A stretch of 64,000 nt of DNA from Octopus vulgaris. Lineage: Eukaryota. Both the position numbers and the translations under genes were made by a program. The stretch is taken from the NCBI GenBank assembly GCA_951406725.2, contig OX597840.1, positions 37,758,001 to 37,822,000 of the forward strand, given 5' to 3'. Below, in pieces: positions 56,183 to 64,000 of the stretch. Position 1 is the stretch's first letter. Every line of letters begins with the position of its first letter. The notes beneath the pieces are model-generated. The model was not told the origin of the DNA, ran no database searches, and worked only from the letters and a program-made list of their open reading frames with translations.

Positions 56183-56714
56183 CCCATTAATTGCCAATGT
56201 TTTTTATTTATATTGTTTGGTTTTGCCAGGTGTCTTAGGCGTTAAAATAATATATAGTATTTAAATTTTCTTTAAATATGAAGCATTTTGGAAATTATGA
56301 TAAAGTTTTCGAAAAGTTCCAAGTGGGGATCGCTGGGAAAAAAAAAGTATATTTATCGTTTTCTTTTCAATTGCAATAATAAAAGTTATAGATTTTTGAA
56401 ACTCTGGTATCAAATGCTGATGTGTATAAAACATCAATGAACGATAGAGACGGAAAATGTGAAAAAAGAAAAGAAAAGACCGTTTTTGAAACAGTCAATA
56501 ATTTTGTAGTTCAAAAACGGAGATTTATGATATAAAATGTCCTCTAGAAGTAGCCAGAATTAATAATGACAATCGTTAACTACAAAATATTGTTAAACAC
56601 ACATCTGAAAAATGCAATGTATATAAGCAATTCACTTTAACTGCAACAAACAACAGGCAGTGGGACTGTTTTTATCAGATCCGCGAATGGGGCTCATGGC
56701 AGGCAATGAGTTAA
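56183..56714. mobile_element. Possible piggyBac-like MITE remnant
   Basis: Right end catggcaggcaatgag|TTAA. Degenerate left end cccattaattgccaatg. Confidence 0.3.
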
Positions 56715-57025
56715 TGTAATGAATTGAAGTAACTCATAATATGAACGTAATGCACAGAGACAACGTTCTTGTAAAGCTGTCCCATGCTATTCAATACAGG
56801 GGTATACATGTCTTTAATATAAGGCTGAGATAAATAATGTGATAAAATTATATTACACACAATACTATCTTCATGTTACGCTAAAAATAATATGAAATGT
56901 TGTATACGAGACTACATTAACATGAGTTTGTTAGCGCTATGTCATAATATTCTGTATCATATAGCATTAACATAGTGCATGATAATAATAATAATAATAC
57001 TGATAATAATGATAATAATAATGAC

Positions 57026-57096
<71 letters not shown>

Positions 57097-57097
57097 T

Positions 57098-57656
57098 AAA
57101 TGCACTGATGCAGTACCAGGCAGTGGCTCTCATGGCTTCTGATCTTAACTGATTGGAAGTGTTATCATGTACGTTGTTTTGTCTTGGTATAAAAGATGGG
57201 CTACAGCAAATATTCTGCTCAATACCACAGATTTGCTTGTCAGTTGTTTGACCTTAACCAGTTGAGCATGTCCCTTAGTGGCTGACGATATGTGCAGATC
57301 TGATCACGAGCAGAAGTAGTGGGGGAGCATCATAGCCATGTGTTGAGAGGGATTCTTTGGGGTTTGAATAATTCACCTCTGGAAACATGGGTGGTTCTTT
57401 CAACATCCTTAAACAACCCTTATTAAGGGACCTTTTGAGCAGGATGGGTTACTCGACCTGAAGAAAATTCTAACTGGGCCCCACCTGCAAGGTCATGTGC
57501 TGTTTATCTTGATATGAGATCACCATGTCGCGCACATATGGTTGTGATGCATGTGCCTGGTGTACTCTTATCAGACGGGTAGTCATGATGGGTATATTGG
57601 GCTTCGTATATTTTACCCCAGTGTCACTTTGATGGCATGCACTGCTCTCTCACTCA
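57098..57656 (+). mobile_element. ~560-bp non-coding interspersed element embedded in (TAA)n, copy 2
   Basis: Reverse complement of 7111-7654, with (TAA)n on both sides. Confidence 0.85.
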
Positions 57657-57674
57657 ATAATAATAATAATAATA

Positions 57675-57710
<36 letters not shown>

Positions 57711-57733
57711 GAATAATAATAATAATAATAATA

Positions 57734-57770
<37 letters not shown>

Positions 57771-58222
57771 TTGTATGATAAATGATTTTGTAAAAAGATA
57801 TAATTTCATGAAAGCCTGTTTAACATGAGATAACGCATTTTAAAAACCATAATATTATGTAAGAGTGATATAGTAAACAACTACACTTTCTGTAAGGTAT
57901 TTAATACATATTTTGTACAAAACAAAGAATTAACATATCGCTGCGAATGTGATGTAGTAAATCGGTTGTATAGTAAGACATTTGACGTTTATATAATAGT
58001 GATGTTCCTAAGCTTACGTTAAAATATTGCTTATAATGTTGAGTAATAAAGTGTTTTATATCAGACGGCTACAATTTAAAACAATATAAAACTCGCAATG
58101 TTTTGTGCCATGCAAGGCCGTCTTGATACACGATTGCTAATATAACGTAAGGCCGTTAATGTTACGCAATGTTTTTGTGTACCACAGACTTTATGAAGTA
58201 TGTATATATATATATATATATG

Positions 58223-58750
58223 TTTCAGCATTGAGACTGCGGACATGCTGAGGCATTACCAGTGTAATCACATTTTAATTGGCCAATTCTATGGGTTTGG
58301 CTTTTGGTGAAGGAAGGAGTTCGATATCGCTTTTCTCCCTTGAGTTTGCTCTCTTGATATAGTTTGATCTGAGATCTTGGATAGCAAGAAGTCGAGTTGC
58401 TTCTCGAAAACCTCGACTCCCTCTCCATGGAGATCCCTCAGATGTTGTGGCAAGGAGTTAAATAGCTGTGGGTCTTTGAATCCCAAGCTATTTCAGTACA
58501 TGGTCCTCGCTCTAGTTAGGATATTTGGAACAGTGCAGTGACCTTCATTTTGAGGTTTGATATAACTCTCAATTTCATGCATGATTGTCATAAAGTGTTG
58601 TAGCTGTATGTCTAAGTCTTCTGTAGAGATACCGGAAGACCGGATATGTTCCATACCTCTCTCCCCATTACCCTTCCAATCCGCTTTGTGAAAGTTCAGG
58701 TTGGAGAGGAGTTGGGTACTACTAGTAGCCTACCTGTCTGTAGTCTTCTG
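58223..58750 (-). pseudogene. CR1-like LINE remnant: post-endonuclease linker joined to the C-terminus and 3' end
   Basis: LSNLNFHKADW...STEDLDIQLQHFMTIMHEI, then NSLGFKDPQLFNSLPQHLRDLHG..VEVFEKQLDFLLSKISD, then 3' end cagcatgtccgcagtctcaatgctgaaaca. Confidence 0.8.
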
Positions 58751-59013
58751 CTGACCATACGTTGGTAATTCTATTAATTTATGGACCGGGAAAATCGTCG
58801 GTGTCCCCCAATATTGATCATGCAAGAGTTTGGACTCCGAAGGTGAAGCCGGACAAAACGCCGCTAAGCATTCTGACCGGTGTGCTAACGCTTCAACCAG
58901 TTCGTCACCGTAATCTGATTAGTAATAACGTAAGATAAAGGATTAGCTTGATGATGCAAACCCAACGCCCCCACCTGCCGTGAAATTTGAATCAGGAATT
59001 GACTTTTATTAGT

Positions 59014-59044
<31 letters not shown>

Positions 59045-59087
59045 CAGCAGCAGCAGCAGCAGCAGCAGTAGTGGTAGTAGTAGTAGT

Positions 59088-59135
<48 letters not shown>

Positions 59136-59776
59136 GGTGGTTGGAGAATCAGTAGCGTTTTGTTGCAAAAGTAGGTTTTCAAGTTGTTTTTTTATGTGTG
59201 TTCGCTTTTGTTTTTGTATTCCTGAGTCATGGCAAAAACATGACGAGGAAAACGAAGAAATTTTCAAAAATTCGAAAACAGACGAGATGTTTCATTAAGA
59301 AAATTCCAGAATGGGAAAAATATAAATATAAAAGTGTTTTTTTCTTTCTTTTAATAAACAAAAAGAAACCCAACCAAACACAGAAAATTTTTTAAAAAAT
59401 AACATATTTATATTTAAAAATATAATCTAACGATTTTATTGAGTGGAAAGCAAATTTAATGATTATTTCAACAAAAGATAAAATAATGAACAAAACAAAA
59501 ACAAAAAAATAAACTTACCCCACGAAAAAAAACAATAATAAAATACTCAAAAATTTTTTTCTTTTTTTGGTTTTGTTTAGTATCTTTTTTAGTTCTGTGG
59601 TTTCTTTTTGTTTGTTTTAAGACAATGTATAGATCTGAAGATTTTTATATTTACCAACAAACAGCAACGAATACGTTGAAAACATACATTGAAGAAGGAG
59701 GAAAAAGCATTTTTGCTTTTTTTGTACTTCGTATTTCATTTTGAGGTATAAATACACACACACTTATGCATATATG

Positions 59777-59818
<42 letters not shown>

Positions 59819-60192
59819 TAAACGTGTGTGTATGTATAGATGTAGGTGTACATATGTATTACGTAAACATATGTGAGATTACGTGAGATTACGTATGGCC
59901 ATACAGAAAGGCATACAAATATTAATTGGAAAAGCACTCAATACGAATATGTGGAGTTTAAAATATATTTTACATCCAACCATAAAGACTAAATTAAAAA
60001 TTTTACATTCAAACATACGAGAAGATAAAATAATGTAAATTACTATATAACAATGTATCTATGTTTGAGTGTTTGCGTGTGGGTGTGTATGCGCGCTAAC
60101 ATAGGTGAGTATCTATCTATACCCATAAATATGTATGTATGTATATATATTTATATGTATATATAGACGAGGAAGACAAACACACACACGCA

Positions 60193-60223
<31 letters not shown>

Positions 60224-61129
60224 ATATATAAATATATATATATATATATTTACACATACACACGTATATAAATATATACATAAATATATATATATAAATA
60301 CAAACACATATATAAATACTTAAATATATATGTAAATGTTTATGCATATACATACATATATATATATGTATATTTATTATATTTATATATATATGTATGT
60401 ATACGCACTTTATACATACATTAAGCATCTCTTGTGAAATAAACGATGTGAATACGTTGTGAGTGGACGCGAAATAAATTGGTAAATTCGAAAAATTGGA
60501 TTTCATCAAAAGAAGCTGCTTAAATGTATGATGAACTGACAGTAAATATTTTTGGAAACATAAGATTTTTCTAAAAGCCTACGAACAATAAATACAGAAT
60601 TAATGATAAACATTGTAGTGATCAACAGATTCGATAGAAAAAAATAATATAGATTAAAATATAAGCAATAAATACATTTAAGTCTGTGGAAGATGGAGGA
60701 TCGATATAAAAGAAAATCAAATGATTTAATAAATAAATATAGAAAGCAATTTAATTTTTATGGTAAACAAGTGATGGGAGGCAGGTTCGATTTCCTGTCG
60801 ATTTGCTCTGTTTTGAAATTTAAAAAGAAATGGTTATTATTTACGAATGTGTAAGGTTTAATATATATGTTTGAGTGTGCGTGGGTTTGTGTGTCTGTGT
60901 CTCTGTGTGTATACCAGCACATGTACGCATGCGTATGGATGGATGTTTGGATCTCTCTCTCTATATATATACATGCATACATACATGTATATCCATGTAT
61001 GCATATACTCACATATATGAATTTGCGTGTCATTGTGTATATACATATTTAGAGTGTGTTGAAAATGGTTTTATGGAAAACATTTCTCTCTCCGATAAAC
61101 ACACATTGCGGCGGGCCTTCAGGTTATAA

Positions 61130-61177
<48 letters not shown>

Positions 61178-61227
61178 GCACACACACATGTATACATACA
61201 TACATACATACATACTTACATATATAT

Positions 61228-61282
<55 letters not shown>

Positions 61283-61284
<2 letters not shown>

Positions 61285-61602
61285 ACAATATAAGGAATAA
61301 CCATAATAGGGCATTCGACTCACTAGTAAGAGCAGCCAAAATCAAACCGCTAAATAGTTGTAATTCTGAAATAGAAAGAGAAATAAAAACGTTTACCCCT
61401 TTCATCTCTGTATTTATTTCTGTTTCTAGTTCAGAATTACAACTATTTAGCGGTTTGAGTTTGGCTGCTCTTTCTAGTGAGTCGAATGCCCTATTATGGT
61501 CATTCCTTATATTGTTGAATGTATATCATATAGTCTTTGACTATGTTTTCTTTCTCACTAGACCACTGGTAGAGGAAAATTTTTTCTAGAATTTTTTGCT
61601 AC

Positions 61603-61606
<4 letters not shown>
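61283..61606. mobile_element. Fold-back element: 105-bp inverted arms, 25-nt spacer, unique tail, (TA)n flanks
   Basis: Arms 61283-61387 and 61413-61517 with 5 mismatches. Confidence 0.85.
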
Positions 61607-61661
<55 letters not shown>

Positions 61662-62565
61662 TTTACATTAAGTTATTTTCGAACTGTTGTGGAATTTCGA
61701 ATTTATATACTCACAATCTTATACATGGTAACATTATAAAAATTTTAGTGAAAATATGTATCTGTCTTGTAAATTAAATCTTTGTGTCTCCTGTTATTTC
61801 TTCATATCGCCAATATCTTCATATTTTATAAACCACGATGTGGTTCTTTGCACTTACGATTTCCAGCCGTTATTGAGTGAGAATCTGATTTCTGTTAGTT
61901 ACCCTAAAGCATAAGTCTTGCAAAGAACATGGATTATTTGAATAAACAACAACCGTTTTATGTCATTATAGAACTAATTTTTGTAATTTTGGATTTTTAG
62001 TTGCCTAATAAATAATTGTAATATTGAAAAAAAAATTGACGACATCAAACGAGGTGTATTAATCAAGTGAGCTTTGCACATTAATTCTAGTATATATAAA
62101 ATGAAATCTATTTTAAATTTGATATTAACGGTGGCGAAAATTTGTTATGGTAGCGTTGTGTGGAATCGCATACGCTTATATTTGTTATGATTATATATAA
62201 GTATGTATATATGAGTGTATGTATGTATGTACGTATGTATATATTTATATATATTTATGTAACTGTCCGAAATGGTCGTGACTTCTGTTACTTGACTGAA
62301 GAAAGAAAGCTGAGAATAACCCGTCTTTTTGACTGTGCTTCTAATAGTTATTTCTCTTGTCCGCCTTTGTATCGTCTATCTGTCCGAACGCTTTAATATC
62401 CTCTTTTTTGTTTTTGTTCCTTTTACACACAACACACACACACACACACGCACACACACACACACATATATATATACATACATACATCTGCCCATATTCA
62501 CACACACATATGTACAGACTTTTATACACACATACACATATACACACATACATACACACATATAT

Positions 62566-62614
<49 letters not shown>

Positions 62615-62909
62615 CATATATACATATATACACACACATACGTATGCATACATGTGATAAAACTCCTGCAAATACATTTCTGCCTTCAATAGATTTTAAT
62701 ATTCAACTTTATAAAACGCCATAACCTAACCGGATGCTGGTTGTTTCACTGTTTACACGTTTATTTTTTTTATCTCAAATAAGCTCACGGCCCTCTCCAG
62801 AATTTTATCCGTCATACACCGTCATCTTTTGGTTATTGTTATCATAAATGTTCTCCTTCACGTCATCGTCATCATCACATAATCATAATCTTGGCTGTCG
62901 TCGTCATCA

Positions 62910-63228
62910 TCAATGTAGTAGCAGTAGCGGTTGTGGTAGTAGTAGTTAGTAGTAGCAATAGTAGTAGTAGGAGCAGCGGCATTGGTACTAGTCGTAGTAG
63001 TAATAGGAGTAGTAGTAGTATTAGTAATATCAGCAGCAGTAGTAGTAATAATATTAGTAGTAATAGTAGTAGTAGCGGTAGAAGTAGTAGTAATGATAGT
63101 AGTAGTAGTAGTAATGATAGTAGTAGTCGTAGTAGTAGTACTTTTAGTAGTAGAAGTAGTAGTTGTTATTGTAGTAGTAGTAGTAGTAGTTGTTGCTGTA
63201 GTAGTAGTAGTAGTAGTAGTAGTAGTAT
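62910..63228. repeat. Degenerate (AGT)n microsatellite
   Basis: Direct reading. Confidence 0.95.
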
Positions 63229-63549
63229 ACTGTCTACGATATGTCTAGATCATATAATTATCTCGGCAATAATGTTTCATTAAACATATACATATGTATG
63301 TATGTTATATATATATATATATATATGTGTATGTATATAAATGTGTGTGATTTTGTATATATATGTGTGCGTGTGTGTGTACGTGTGTAAAACAAATATA
63401 ATTTTTAATATTTTGTTTTAAATTTCGTCTGTTTTTTAATTAGTTATTATTGTCTGTTTACTCTAGAAAATACAAATTAATAACGAACAGACATTAAAAT
63501 GGAAATTAAGCGAGAATAATCACACCATGGCTCAAAATGTACACTCCGC

Positions 63550-63840
63550 TCTCAACAGCCATCTAACAACTCAACCTGAGCACAAAATAACTTGATGAAT
63601 ACACTCAACAACCAACACACAACAAACTCAACACCTAACTGACAACACACACAACACTCAACTCAGAAATTAAAACTAAAATTCAACGCCAATTACACAC
63701 CTAACAACACTGAACACTTAACACTCAAAACTCAACGAGCATTTCACATTGTCCACTCAATAAACGACTTACGGACACTGTTTACGCTCAGCTGATAACC
63801 TTCACTCAATACTCAAGACAATCATCGATACAAACCCAAC
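63550..63840. repeat. A/C-rich degenerate short repeat (acactcaa/aactcaac)
   Basis: Recurring ac(a)ctcaa units. Confidence 0.6.
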
Positions 63841-63964
63841 ATAGGCGAACCGTTCAGTTACTCGGACTTAAACACACCAACACCTGCAGTCACGTGTTGT
63901 TAGGGACAAAGATACAGAGAGACAGACAGACAGATAGACAGACCCCCCACATATATATATATAT

Positions 63965-64000
63965 GGTACGGGCTTCTTTCAGTTTCCGTCCACCAAATCC
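63965..64000 (-). mobile_element. S2 SINE 5' half running off the window
   Basis: acgggcttctttcagtttccgtccaccaaatcc. Confidence 0.8.

Overview
AT-rich, non-coding eukaryotic DNA. Microsatellites, SINEs and decayed transposons dominate, and no intact host gene is visible. The repeat families look like octopus (coleoid cephalopod) repeats; this is recognition from memory, not a database match. Nearly all ORFs in the track are artefacts of (TA)n, (CA)n, (TAA)n, (CTA)n or (CAT)n repeats. Coding remnants include: two Tc1/mariner transposase fragments, two CR1-like LINE 3' ends, an R4/Dong-type restriction-endonuclease LINE 3' half, RTE and L1/Tx1 scraps, and probable Penelope-like element (PLE) remnants. 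Three tRNA-derived SINE families, a non-autonomous Helitron (2 copies), MITEs and a ~550-bp (TAA)n-embedded element (2 copies) are also present. The most striking signal is a set of about 10 minimal hammerhead-ribozyme-like motifs from 5-6 sequence families, carried in short (TA)n-flanked elements. One has a fully canonical core. Others carry recurrent core variants: A6->U in three copies, U4->C in two families, and a C3-G8 -> G3-C8 compensatory swap. One pair forms a near-perfect 154-bp palindrome.
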